Shown here piece after piece: positions 38,098-50,000 of a stretch of DNA of 64,000 bases. A program made the position numbers and the translations under genes. The notes beneath the pieces are model-generated. The model was not told where the DNA came from, ran no database searches, and saw nothing but the letters and a program-made list of their open reading frames with translations. Origin of the DNA: Bacillota bacterium (GTDB taxonomy: Bacteria > Bacillota > JAAYKD01); NCBI GenBank assembly GCA_963666425.2, contig OY762825.2, positions 1,856,001 through 1,920,000 on the forward strand. Reading direction: 5' to 3'. Position 1 is the first letter of the stretch, and every line of letters begins with the position of its first letter.

Positions 38098-38910
38098 TTA
38101 GTTTGCTAAGGCGATCATGGTGCGCAGGATACGGAAGGCTTCCAGGAAATTATTGCCGCTGCAGCGCAGCGTGCGGCCGTCAATCCGTTCTGAACCGGGG
38201 CAACGGGAGGCGTTATCGGCAAGACCGCTGTTCAGGCAGACGAGTTCCAGGTTGACCGGACGGGAGGGAATAAAAGGTTTCAATTCTCCGATGCGTCCGT
38301 AGGCACGCTTGGCAGCAGCTTCGATCAGTTGGCAGGCTTCATCGGTAGGTAAATTCAAAGCGGAATAGCGGGTGATGGCTTCTTTGACGGTGACCGTTTC
38401 GATTTTGCCTAAATCCAGTTTGACATCATTGCAGATGGTCTGATCACCGGTCAGCAGAATGACAGGGATGTTGAAATCGCCGGCAATGGCGGCATTGATT
38501 ACCGCTTCGCTGGCCGGTTTGCCGTTGATGCGAATTTCGAATACGGTCCCACCGGAGATGGTATGGCTCAAAACACCGCGGTCGCCATTCTTGGCATGAT
38601 AGCCGATGAAAGCGACGGCATCGAATTGATCGTTGATGCCTTCCATCATAGAAAGGTGTTTGGGAGAACCGCTGATCAGACGGACGTCCGGATGCAGTTC
38701 TTCAATGAGTATATTCCGCATCGAACCATGGCTGTCATTGCAGATGACTTCGCTGGCGCCGGCATTGAAGAACCCTTGAGCGGCAGCGCTGACTTCGCGG
38801 GTCATCTGTAAACGCGCTCTTTGATATTCCCCGGCACCGGTGATATTGCATTGATCGCCGTGCACGACGCCGGTAATTCCTTCGATATCAGCAGAAATGT
38901 AAATACGCAT
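38098..38910 (-). CDS. dppA: D-aminopeptidase, peptidase M55 (DppA family)
   Basis: ISADIEG, NDSHG, GYHA, LSHT motifs; 270 aa. Confidence 0.9.
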   Translation of the reverse strand: MRIYISADIEGITGVVHGDQCNITGAGEYQRARLQMTREVSAAAQGFFNAGASEVICNDSHGSMRNILIEELHPDVRLISGSPKHLSMMEGINDQFDAVAFIGYHAKNGDRGVLSHTISGGTVFEIRINGKPASEAVINAAIAGDFNIPVILLTGDQTICNDVKLDLGKIETVTVKEAITRYSALNLPTDEACQLIEAAAKRAYGRIGELKPFIPSRPVNLELVCLNSGLADNASRCPGSERIDGRTLRCSGNNFLEAFRILRTMIALAN

Positions 38911-38943
38911 TCATCAATCACTCCTTCTTTGTTTTCTGTTGTG

Positions 38944-38972
38944 ATTTTCGCCAAAGAAGGTAAAAATCCTTC
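38944..38972 (-). promoter_or_regulatory. sigmaH-like promoter for dppA
   Basis: Minus strand GAAGGATTT-N11-GGCGAAAAT. Confidence 0.5.
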
Positions 38973-39016
38973 CGATGCGGAAAAGATATGCAGATAAGGA
39001 AGCGAGGCGAAATATT

Positions 39017-39457
39017 TTGAAGCAATGCGTCATTTATACCGACGGCGCCTGCTCCGGCAATCCGGGACCGGGTGGCTGGGCTGCGGTATTATTCTATAAA
39101 ACCCAACGCAAAGAACTTTCCGGCGGAGAGAAAGAGACTACCAACAATCGTATGGAGCTGATGGCGGCGATTGCGGCGCTGGAATTGCTGCTGGAACCAT
39201 GTGAAGTAGAACTCTACAGTGATTCTGCCTATCTGGTCAATGCCTTCTTGAAGAGCTGGTTGGCCAACTGGCAGCGCAACGGTTGGCTGACCAGCAAAAA
39301 ACAGCCGGTGGAAAATCAAGACCTATGGCAGCGGCTGCTCAGGCAAGCCGAACGGCATCAAATCAGCTGGCACAAGGTAAAGGGGCATGCAGATAGTGCG
39401 GAAAATAACCGCTGTGATCAGTTGGCGAGGGAAGCAATCTTAAAATTGGAGGAATGA
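39017..39457 (+). CDS. rnhA: Ribonuclease HI
   Basis: [22 protein letters not shown], SDSxY, VKGHA, NNRCDxLA. Likely TTG start at 39017 after GCGAGG (ORF track starts at 38975). Confidence 0.95.
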   Translation: MKQCVIYTDGACSGNPGPGGWAAVLFYKTQRKELSGGEKETTNNRMELMAAIAALELLLEPCEVELYSDSAYLVNAFLKSWLANWQRNGWLTSKKQPVENQDLWQRLLRQAERHQISWHKVKGHADSAENNRCDQLAREAILKLEE

Positions 39458-39460
39458 GCC

Positions 39461-39877
39461 ATGTTGGAAGTCGCTGCCGCTTTGATCTATAATGAAATGA
39501 ATGAAATTCTGATTTGCCAGCGCCCGGAAGGCAAGAATTGCGCCTTGCTTTGGGAATTCCCGGGCGGCAAACAGGAAGCGGGAGAAACGCTGCGCGAATG
39601 CCTGCTGCGGGAATGCCGCGAAGAGCTGAATCTTGAATTGGCAATCGAAAAAGAAATCACAGACACAATTTATTCCTATCCGGAATTTACTGTGCATCTG
39701 ACTTTTTATCGTGCCCATATTCTCAGCGGTGAGCCGAAAAAGCAAGAACACAATGAAATTCGTTTTGTGCAGCCTGATGATTTAAGGCTGTATGATTTTT
39801 GTCCGGCAGATGCAGCGGTTCTGGATCTGCTGATCCAAAGCAATCGGGAGGTAGCTGATCATGAAGATGAATTTTGA
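39461..39877 (+). CDS. MutT/NudG-like Nudix hydrolase
   Basis: WEFPGGKxExGE-x7-RECREEL Nudix box. Confidence 0.9.
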   Translation: MLEVAAALIYNEMNEILICQRPEGKNCALLWEFPGGKQEAGETLRECLLRECREELNLELAIEKEITDTIYSYPEFTVHLTFYRAHILSGEPKKQEHNEIRFVQPDDLRLYDFCPADAAVLDLLIQSNREVADHEDEF

Positions 39878-40760
39878 CGGTGCGAAACTCTTTCTTGGCT
39901 GGCTGCAGGGAGACAGCGGCATGGATGAACTGCTGCAGCACCCCGCTTATCAGACGATTTTTGAACACAGCCGGCGATTTGCTGCCGGACTGACTCCGGA
40001 GGATATCAAGATGGCGCTGCGCCAGGAGCCATCCCCTTTTTTTGGCCTGCGTGGTTTACAGGATAATTTACCTGCCATCAAAGCCACACTCTGCCGCCTG
40101 GAAGCGCAGCAGGAAAGCTTACTCGGCCAAACGGCAGCAGCTCTGCAGGCTTTCTTTGTACCGGAAGATCTTGAGGAGATTACCGTATACCCTGTAATCG
40201 GTTATGATGTTGGCATTGGACTGCATCGGCAAGTTCCCATGAATCTCAACTACGCCGGTTATATGAAATATGAAAACGAATTTCTCTATATGATGATGCA
40301 TGAGTGTTTTCATGCTGCCTATGAGAAATATCAGTCTGTGCCGGATCTCAAAGCGGCCAAAACAAAGGCGCAATGGCTGCAGATGCTTTACTGGGCCTTA
40401 CAAAACGAAGGCTATGCAACTTACAGTTCCTTGCATGCCCGCTTGTCGGCAGGAATTGAGCCGGACCCGAATTGTTTTACCATCAAAGACTATCTGGTGC
40501 TGCAGGATTCCTTGCAGCTGGAACAGACAATCGATTCCTTTTTACAGAGTCTGGACAAAACAGCAGCCGGTGCTGAGCAAGCGGCGGAGGAATGGCTCGA
40601 TTTGATTTTTGGCCAGCATCGTTACGCTTATCGTGTAGGCTGCGCCTTGATCCAGCGGATCGAACAAACCTACGGCAGAGCGGCTGTGAAAGCAGCCCTC
40701 TTTCAGCAGCCGGAGGTATTTTACAGACAATATCGGGATTTGCTGGCAGAGAAAAAGTGA
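39861..40760 (+). CDS. Putative Zn-dependent protease (DUF5700/DUF2268-like)
   Basis: HECFH (HExxH), downstream QNEGYA and YRVG motifs. RBS GGGAGG. Confidence 0.65.
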   Translation: MKMNFDGAKLFLGWLQGDSGMDELLQHPAYQTIFEHSRRFAAGLTPEDIKMALRQEPSPFFGLRGLQDNLPAIKATLCRLEAQQESLLGQTAAALQAFFVPEDLEEITVYPVIGYDVGIGLHRQVPMNLNYAGYMKYENEFLYMMMHECFHAAYEKYQSVPDLKAAKTKAQWLQMLYWALQNEGYATYSSLHARLSAGIEPDPNCFTIKDYLVLQDSLQLEQTIDSFLQSLDKTAAGAEQAAEEWLDLIFGQHRYAYRVGCALIQRIEQTYGRAAVKAALFQQPEVFYRQYRDLLAEKK

Positions 40761-40834
40761 ATTTCTCAAGATCCCATAAGACGAGATAAACGTTCCAACA
40801 AGCAGGTATCAAATATTATAATAGATGTTTTTAG

Positions 40835-40862
40835 GTCCGTGATTTTCACGGACTTTTTATTT
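40835..40862 (+). terminator. Intrinsic terminator after the rnhA-Nudix-protease operon
   Basis: GTCCGTGA-TTT-TCACGGAC followed by TTTTTATTT. Confidence 0.75.
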
Positions 40863-41027
40863 TGAAAAGATTAAAATCCTTCTAATAAAAGAAGGAAACC
40901 TGCCGATACAGGAGAAATATTTACAGCAATAATTGGTAACCGCTCCTGATAAAAAAGCGAAAACCGAACACACTTTGAGAAGGATGGCTGGTTAATGATA
41001 CAGCCTGACATGGGGGGAGTAAGGAAA

Positions 41028-44000
41028 ATGAAGTGGTCAAAGCAAGTTATCGTCGCAATCTGGATGAGCTGCCTGTTGGGGGTGTTGCTGCCACTGTCAG
41101 GGGCAGTGTTTGCTGCTGTACCAACCCTGGCAATCACGGAATCAAATATCTTAAATGGTACGGTAACAGTGAGCGGAACTCTGAGCGAAGCTGGTTCAGG
41201 GCAGCTGCTGATCGCTGTTTATACGACCGACGGGAAAATGACGGATGTGAAAGATGTTACCTCGGATGCAGCTGACGGTAATTGGTCGATCACCTTGGAA
41301 TTTCCCGGTGCTTCTCTCCGCTGTGTCAAGGCGTTTCTCTTGGCAAATAGCCAGGAAGGTTATCACCCCTTACTGACTGCCGAAGAAATGATCACCTCCG
41401 GTATGCTGCTGACGATTGATACAGCCGGCAGCTATAGCGGCCAGTATGCCAATGTTACCATTACTGACGCTGTGGGAACCGCTCCCGTCACGCTGCTTGA
41501 TATGGATATCAGCGGCAATCTGACCATCGGAGGCGGTATCGCGCCTGAATCGCTAGGCTTATTGACCGCAGCGAGTCAAACGGTCTCTTTGACCGGCAGC
41601 ACGTCGGTGGCGGGAAAAGTTGTGCTGAATCGGCAGGGTGCAAGCGCACAGCCGCTGCAATTGATTCTGGAAGAACAGGCTCATATTCAATCCGCCGAGG
41701 TTTTAGGCAGCGCCGGTGCGGTGATTGCCAGTCTGACCGAAACCGAGAACACGATCAACAGCATCACTGCCGGGCAAAACCTGCAGCTGATCAATACCAA
41801 GGTTGGCCAATTGACCGCGCTGGCAGGCAATCTGCAGGCGCTGCAGGTAGGCTTATATCAGAGTGAAGTGCAGAATCTGACGGTCGCTCAAGCGGCCGGA
41901 GCGACGCCTGTTTCGGCAACGCTCGGAAAGCAGGTCAGTACTTTTGCTGCGGCGGAGGCTTTATTTGACGATTTACGTACAGCACGCATCGGTGCAGAAG
42001 AGACGCTTTACCTCAATGCTGAGAATAAAGTCAGCGTCATCGAGGGCAGTCAGGCGCTGCAGCTGCAACAAATATCAGAAGTCGGCAGTGTAACGATGAC
42101 CGCAGCATTACAGACCGATGCGGAAACCAGTGTTACTGCGTTAACGACCAATGCCGACGCCGTAATTGCGGGAAGACTGCAAAGCGCACAGATGAATGCC
42201 GCTTCGCTTGATTCGGCGCCGAATTTAACCTTGCTCGGCAGCGGCGTCACCACACTGAGCGGTAAAATTAAAAAACTGACCCTGGGCGGTGAGGCAACGG
42301 CGATCCTGACAGCCTCAACGAACGGCGAGAATGAAATTGGCAGCGTCGAAATGCAGACCAGCGAACCGGCCATGCAGTCACTAAGCCTGAACCTGCTTGC
42401 CTTATCGGCTTCGAGCGGTCCTTCTTTTACGGTCATGAGCGGTTCCGGTGTTGGCGGGATCCTGACCAGCGGCAGCGGTAATTTGGGTGGTATCTCTATT
42501 TTAAATGGCACCGGTTCCTTTGTGCCGATCCATCTTGGACCGGGAGTCTTTGCGCAGTTTGTGCAATTTGGCAACAATAGTGGTGGTCAGTTAACCTTGG
42601 GCGGGACAGATAATCAAAACGGTCAGTTGGGTGCACTGATTAATAATTCGCCGATGCCAAGTCAGCTTTTCCTGCCGGCAGGCAGCAGTCAAAGCAATTT
42701 GATCAGCAATGTTTTTGACAGCAACATTTCCTCCGGACTGCAGATGCGAATCGGGGAAACGGCTCCCGTAGTACCGGCTTCAAACAACGATCTCGCTTTT
42801 GTTGGCATGAATATTGTAGAACCACCGAGAAAAACAACCTACAAAGTCAATGAAACGATGGATTATAGCGGCATGATGGTCGAATTGATCTATCTTCCCG
42901 GTGCAAGCAGCGTAATCCGTACTCCCATCGTGCGCTATGAAGAAGTGAAGGGCAACCAAAACTTTCTGACCGATCTGCCCTTGCTGAATAGTGCAGGCAG
43001 CTATACGCTGCAGGTGACACACCGGGAAAGCCAACAGAGTGTAGATTTCCTCATCAATGTGGTCAATGCCTATGAAGTAGAGAAAATCCGAATCGTTCAA
43101 TACCCGGCGAAATTGACCTATCAAATTGGCGAGCCATTAGATCTAGGCGGTGGAGTTCTGGCTGTTACCTATCAAGGGATAACGGGAGAACAAATTGTGC
43201 CGATGATGACTGACAATCAATTGACGGACGGTCTCGTGGTAATCGGGTTCAATTCAACAAATCCATCCCCACAAAGAGTTCAGCTCATCTTTGGCAGAAG
43301 AGCGATCGTGGATCTGGATGTCGTGGTGGGGGGCAAATCCACTCTGGAAAACTATCGCACCGCTGCGTTAGCTTTCATAACAGCTTCGGAAGCAAATGCA
43401 GGGCTCTATAGCAATCCTGAATTAACAACTTATAATAATGTATTGAGTCTTATGAAGGGCTTAATCACCCAAGCGGAAACAACGGATAGTATTTCTTATG
43501 CCTGGGAGATGATTGAAAAGGTCATCCGTCCTCTGAAAACCAATGAGGAAAAATTGCAGCTGCAATTGAGCGCCGCGAGGGAGGCCGGTTACATAGAAAT
43601 AGAGGAGTACTGGCCAATCAATCCGGCTACTCAAATGCCGTACAGCAGCGCAGACTATTCCTCTGCCATGCTCTACAAAATAAGAAATATTCGCCTGATA
43701 GGGAGCCGTTCCGTCAGCGATGCTTTGACATTGGCAGAAATCAACGGTGAGCTCGGTCTGATCCGGCAAACCAAAGCAAAGATCGATGCGATTCCACGCA
43801 TCAGCAGCAGTTTGGATATTGTGTTGGCAGCGGTCAGCGACTTCAGCCTGACCATCAAAACCGGCTTAAGCTTCGATGAAAAAATACAGCTGGTCAAAGA
43901 AAATGTGTCGCGTCAAATGATCAGCGCCGGTGGAAATCCGCTCTGGAGTGTACTTGTTACCGATTTAGGCAGCGGCAGTAATACCGTGCAAATTGCAGAT

Positions 44001-47000
44001 GGCAGCGGGCATTTGAGCAGTGTGAAAACCATTACGGTATCCCTGACAGAAATCGAAACCAGAGGTTCGTTGGTGATAACACTGGCGAATCACTTGCAGG
44101 GTAAATTTAGTTTCTTGCCTTTGAATGCAGATGCTGTGATTGCGGAAACGGAGAATTTCGTCGAAACGATCAACATGACGGCGGAACAAAAGACGGCCTT
44201 TGCCTTCTTATCTTATTACCATCTCCTCAATGGCAGGGGTCAAATCGGCAATCAACAGATTATGGACCCGAATGCAACGATCAACCGAGCCGATTTCATC
44301 TTCCTGCTGACCGCCCTGGAAGAGGCTATGGGTGTGCGCTTACCGGAAACTGTGACGATTGCTGCAATCAGCGATCTGAGCGCTGAGAATCCTCTCTACC
44401 AGAAGGCACTTCATCTGGCCAGAGCCGGCGTCATCACGCTGGGAACAGGGGAAACGCTCCATCCCAATGACAGCTTGGTCAGCGCGGCGAGTGATGAGTG
44501 CCTAAGCGCAGTCGACAATTTGATCGCAGCATTATCGTCTGTCATCAGCTCAGCGGAGACTTCTGAGCAATTCCAGACCGCACTTACGGACACCTTGATT
44601 CAGAAAATCGTAACGGCAGGCAATTTTGTAATCGATACGAATGATCCTTTAAACAAACAATTATTCGTGACTGCCGGCACTACGCTGACGGTCGCAGCGG
44701 ACAGCGTTTTTACAATTGACACCGCTCAATGTACCGTCATGGGGACAATGATCAACGAGGGAGCAATTCACGTCACCGTCAACGGCAGCTTATCCTTTAT
44801 GGCCGGTTCTGTTTTGACCAACAACAACAGCGTAGATGTTTACGGTCGGGCGGATTTCCAGAGCGGCTCCACCATCAACGGCAGCAATACCCGTATCACT
44901 TATCATCATAATGCCAATCTGCTCGATGCGGCGCAGCAAATTTACGCACAACTGAAAGACGGATATCGCCTGGATCTGCCGTCACAGACAGACATCAATG
45001 CTTACGCCGCGTTTTATACCGATTGGAGCAGCATCACTGCCGAGCCTACTGAAAACATTATGGCGCTGGCCTTCTTGCTGAAGAATCAACTGATCGTTGG
45101 CGTACCCGGTTTGGGTGACGACGTTCAGAAAATATCCATCAAACCCTATGCGTCTCTCAGCCGCGCGGAGACCGCGATGCTGCTGATCAGGCTGGAGACC
45201 GTCCTGATCGAAAAGGCAACGATTACCGGCTTGGATCAAACGGTAGTTCTGAATCCTGTTTTCAATGATTTAAACGGCGAAGAGGCGTACTATGACGCTG
45301 TGCTAAGATTAGCCAAAGCCGGTGTGGTTCAGGGCGATACGCAAGGCAATTTCAACCCGAATGCTGCTATGGATGCCACCTGGTATACTTGGGGCAGTCC
45401 TTTAAGTGATCTGGTGCGTCGTTTCGTGACGGCTCTGGGCCAGATTGCTTCCGAACAGCAAAGCTTTACCGTTCTGCGCAGTGAAACACAGGTGATTGAA
45501 AACAGAAGATTCACCAACAAGGTCAGTATTGTCTGCGGCACGCCGGTCAGCACGGATGATTATGGCGGTTCGATTCGCTTCAGCAATTGCACGTTTGCTG
45601 CCGGTCTGACCGCCGAAGTAGGCTTGATCAGATATGACATCGATTTAGGCATGGCCGCTGTAGTCGGAGGGATTCAGGTCAACCGCAGCCCGGATAACAA
45701 GAAATTCCAACAGAATGTGAGTGTGAATCTGAATAATGTGGCGGTTGGAACTGAAATCAGCTCCGATGCCGTCGCTGCAGTCAACTGCGGTATCGCAGCA
45801 GGCAGCTTTGTGATCAATGGGGTCACCGTCAGCGGTGCAGCTGATTTAGGTGAGCAAGGTTCTTTCGGTGCCCATCTGAAATGGGAATGCTACGCTCCGC
45901 ATGCCGAATCGTATCAAGGCGATCACAGCGAATGCAGCGGCAACCAATTTACGGCGCTTGCTTTCTATGATGCGGTAGAGAAGGTGGAAGTGAGTGCAGG
46001 TGCAGCCTTCCAGAATTATGAAATGTGGAACAACCGTGACGATATTTCCCTGAACTTCCCGGCTGAGGGTGTGACTGTCAGCATGGATCGTTTGCGGATC
46101 AACAATCGCAATCAGGAATTTAATAAAACTCTGATCCTGAGCGGGCAAGTACTGGGAGATGTCGAGATCAGTGGTAAGGTCGATCTATCTGCTTTGCTCA
46201 ATCCAAGCCACCAAATTTATCTGGCTGCCTGGAACAACGGCAATCAGATTGCCATCGGCAGTCAGACGGTCACCGTCAGCGGCCAAAGCGATTACAAAAC
46301 GTCCGTTCAAGCGGAGAACGGCGCGACAGTCATTGTCGAACAATCCAGGCAGGATGTTGTGGTGAATGACGCAGCGGACAACGCATTTAGTCTTGGCGGT
46401 CCGCACATCTTTGGCGATGTAGGCAATTATGGGATTTACCTGATGGGTGCTCCTCTGCCGGCCGGTAGTTATTTATTGGAACAGCGCACAATGAATGCAG
46501 AACAAGAGCCGATCTGGACGACCATCAACTATAGAATGGATTCCATATTCGCAGAAAACAAGACTCATTTGATTCCGGATCCGGCAACCCCGATCACCGA
46601 TCCGTCTGCCGTGCGCTTGACTGTGCATTGGCAACCTGATGCAGATACCGAGATCACGATCGTTTGGCCGGCTCTCTATTATAAACAAGCGGCAAGCAAC
46701 CGCATTGATCTGGCGAAACGCCTCTATGCTGCGCTGGGCGAGGGATATGGTCTGGCAGCTATCACCGGTGGTACGGCTGAAGTGGAAACACTCCTGAGTG
46801 GTTTTGAAGAATGGCCGCAATTAGCGAATGAGGGTGAAGGTGCCGAAGCATTGGCCTTCCTGGTGAAGAACGGCATTCTCAACCCAACCGCTGGCACAAA
46901 TCTGCTGCCGTATAATGATCTGACGCGTTCGGAAACCGCCGTGATTCTCTATCAGGCGATCATCGCGATGAATCGATTAATCGGCTTAGATCAATCGGTC

Positions 47001-50000
47001 AATATCAGTTTCCACGATGTGATAGCCGAGCAGACGCCAAACTTTATGGCCATCATGACCTTAGCCAAAGCCGGTATCGTCAGCGGGGACAATCAAGGCA
47101 ATTTCTATCCCAATGAGAGAATGCTGTCCAATCAAATCGGCGAACTGATCACACGTTTTGTCAATGCTTTGGGTGAAGTTGCGCGTACGGACTCTGCCAT
47201 CACAAGCTTTACGGTTTCTGCTGCAGCAAGCCAACCGATCCGGAATAAGAACTTCCTGCAGACGGTTACCATTGACTGCGTATCCATTGCAGCGCAGGTG
47301 GAAAACGGTTGGGGCGGCAGGTTGACGTTTGAAAACTGTAATTTCAGCCGAGGGTTGATCCTCATTTTAAGCGAAGCCTCTTATGGTGTGGAACTGGGTG
47401 GCGCGGCGGTGGCGGAAGGCATTCAAATTGTGCCGCAAAGCAATACCGTACCCAACCGGTTCAACAACCAACTGCGTCTGAACTTATCCGGCTTAGCTGA
47501 TGCAGCGGTCGTCACATCAACCGTCGGTGCTTCGGTCAACAGCCAGGTGATGGGTGGACAATTCACACTGAACCATGTTCTCGTGCGGAGCACGGCGGAT
47601 CTGGGTGAAGCCAATTATTTTGGTGCTTATCTGAGATGGGAGTGCTACGATCAGCACATAGAGCAGTATCAAGGCGACCACAGTGAATGTGACCCCTCTT
47701 ATCAGTTCACTACGCTGGGGACGGATCGCTCGGTTGCTTCTCTGACCGTCGATAAAACAGCTGAATTCCAACGCTACGAATTCAGTAATAGTCTGAATGA
47801 TGTGCAGTTGCTTTTCGATCCTGACGGGGTCCCGGTGACCATGGATCGCATGCGCATCATAGGCTGCAATACCAACGGAGAATTAAATACTGTTTTGGTC
47901 AGCGGTCTGCTGCAGGGCAGCGTGGAAGCGGAAGGCAGAGTTGATCTGACGAATCTCGCTGTTGCATCGGGTGCTGCGCTCACCGCAGCGACTTGGTCGG
48001 AGAATACGGAGATCAATTTGGGCAGCCATGCCATTACCCTAGTCGGCAATGGTGGTAAAACTGTTGGCATTGCCGCTGTGAATGGCGCAACTGTCTGCTT
48101 CGAACAAGCGGGGCAGAAGGCAAATATCACCAACAGCGAAGCCGCGCTTTTTGAGATCAATTATGCGGAAGTGCTGGAAAGTGAAACCGGTTATTGGCTT
48201 ACGCTCAACACGGGCAACGGCTCCGATTACAGCTATCGCTTGGAACAAGGCTCCTATGATCAACAGACACAGCAAGAGAGCTGGTCTCCGCTTTCCTTTA
48301 CAACCGAAGTCTATTCCGGTTCCATTCATACCGATCTGATGCCTTCGGCAGAGACTCCCATCACGAATCCCAATCAGGTGCGGCTGATCGTCACCTGGAC
48401 GCAGGGCAGCGATACAATTACGGTTGTCTGGCAGAGAGTCTTCTATCAAATGCCAAAAGCAAAGATCAGCGATGCCGCGAAACAAATCTATCAACTCTTC
48501 CAGACCGATTACAAATTATTGACCGTCAATGATGATGACCTGGCGCGCTACGCTGCCGACTACAGTGACTGGACGATGATGAATGAGGATGGGGAGACTC
48601 GGGCAGCGGTGGCCTTCCTGCTGAAAAACGGTATCCTGAGCGGAACCGCAGCGGAAGATAACTTAACCTATTTGAACCCCTATCAGGAAATGACCCGTGC
48701 TGAGTTCGCTAAGCAGCTGTTTGCTCTGGTCAATGCGCTGAGCGGCAACGGTACTTTACCGGGTGGTTTGGCGGTGCTTTCTCCCAATCTGACCTTCAGC
48801 GATGTAGTAAACGAGGCTCCTTATTATGAGGCAGTCATGTCGATGGCCAAAGCCGGTATCCTCTCCGGTGACAATGGCAGGTTCTGCCCGGATGAACTCG
48901 TCCTTCGAGACGATCTGAACGGAATTTTAAAAGGATTGCAGACTGCGGTTGGCCCGGTGGTTTCCACACAGAATTTATTCACTGTCAATCGAAATCAAGA
49001 GCAAACAGTAGAGAATAAGATCTTCAGTCCGAATACACCGGTGGTCATTACCTCCGCAGCGCGGGAAGGCAGTGATGCCTGGGGCGGGCAGATTACCTTT
49101 GTTAACTGCCAATTCAATGGCGGCTTGCAGGCTATGCTGGGCAATGTGCACTATAATGTTAATTTCACCGGCACAACAACGGTGAAAGATAATCGTATTG
49201 ATGTCAGCGCGTCGGTTTTGAACGCCAATTACAAATTTGACGGCAGTGTCAACGTACAATTCAGCGGTCTGCCGGAATCAGTTGGAGTTGTTTCCAGCGT
49301 GGCAGCCAGTGTTGCTTCCAATCTGGGCGGAGGCAGTGTGACACTGAATGGCATTAAAACAACCGGTGCCGACCAAATCGGTACAACGGAATGGTTTACC
49401 GCCAATCTCTATTGGGAGTGCAACGGCTATCATACAGCGGATTATGCCGGCAATCATGCTGAATGTATCAAAAATCCCAGAGATGTCATCCCTGTGCCGG
49501 CAGATCATTATTTGACGTATGCCATCAATGGCAAAGTCAAGAGCGTCACCGTGCTTCCAAGCGAAACAACACCTCTGCAGACGGAAATTTGCAGCTTCAG
49601 GGTGGCGGAGGTTCTGGATGATGTGAGCTTGGCCTTAGGCTCTCTGCAGCCTTCCCTGGGTTTCTTCAATCTAAATGGAAATACAAGCGGCTTATTAACG
49701 GTGAGCGGCAATGTAATCGGAGAGACCGTTGTCTGCGGCAAAGTGGATATCACCGCGCTGACGCATCCCGGTTACGCGATCCTGATCGGTGCCTGGCAGG
49801 ATAATACTGCGGTAGTCATTGGCAGTCAAACCGTCACCGTGGCGGGTTATAACAGCAAACCGGTCATCATTGCCGCCTTGTCTGGCGCGGTAGTCAAGTT
49901 GGAGCAAGCCAGTCAGGCAGTCAAAATCAATGCCGCAGACCCGGACGGCGGTTTCCAGCCGGGGATCCCGCAGGTCTTTGACACCGACACCGGTTTTGGC

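Noticed and set aside
40860-41020. Cyclic di-GMP riboswitch upstream of the SLH giant
   Set aside because: GGAAAC and AACCG fragments are present, but I could not fit the class I or class II consensus stems. An Rfam scan would be needed.
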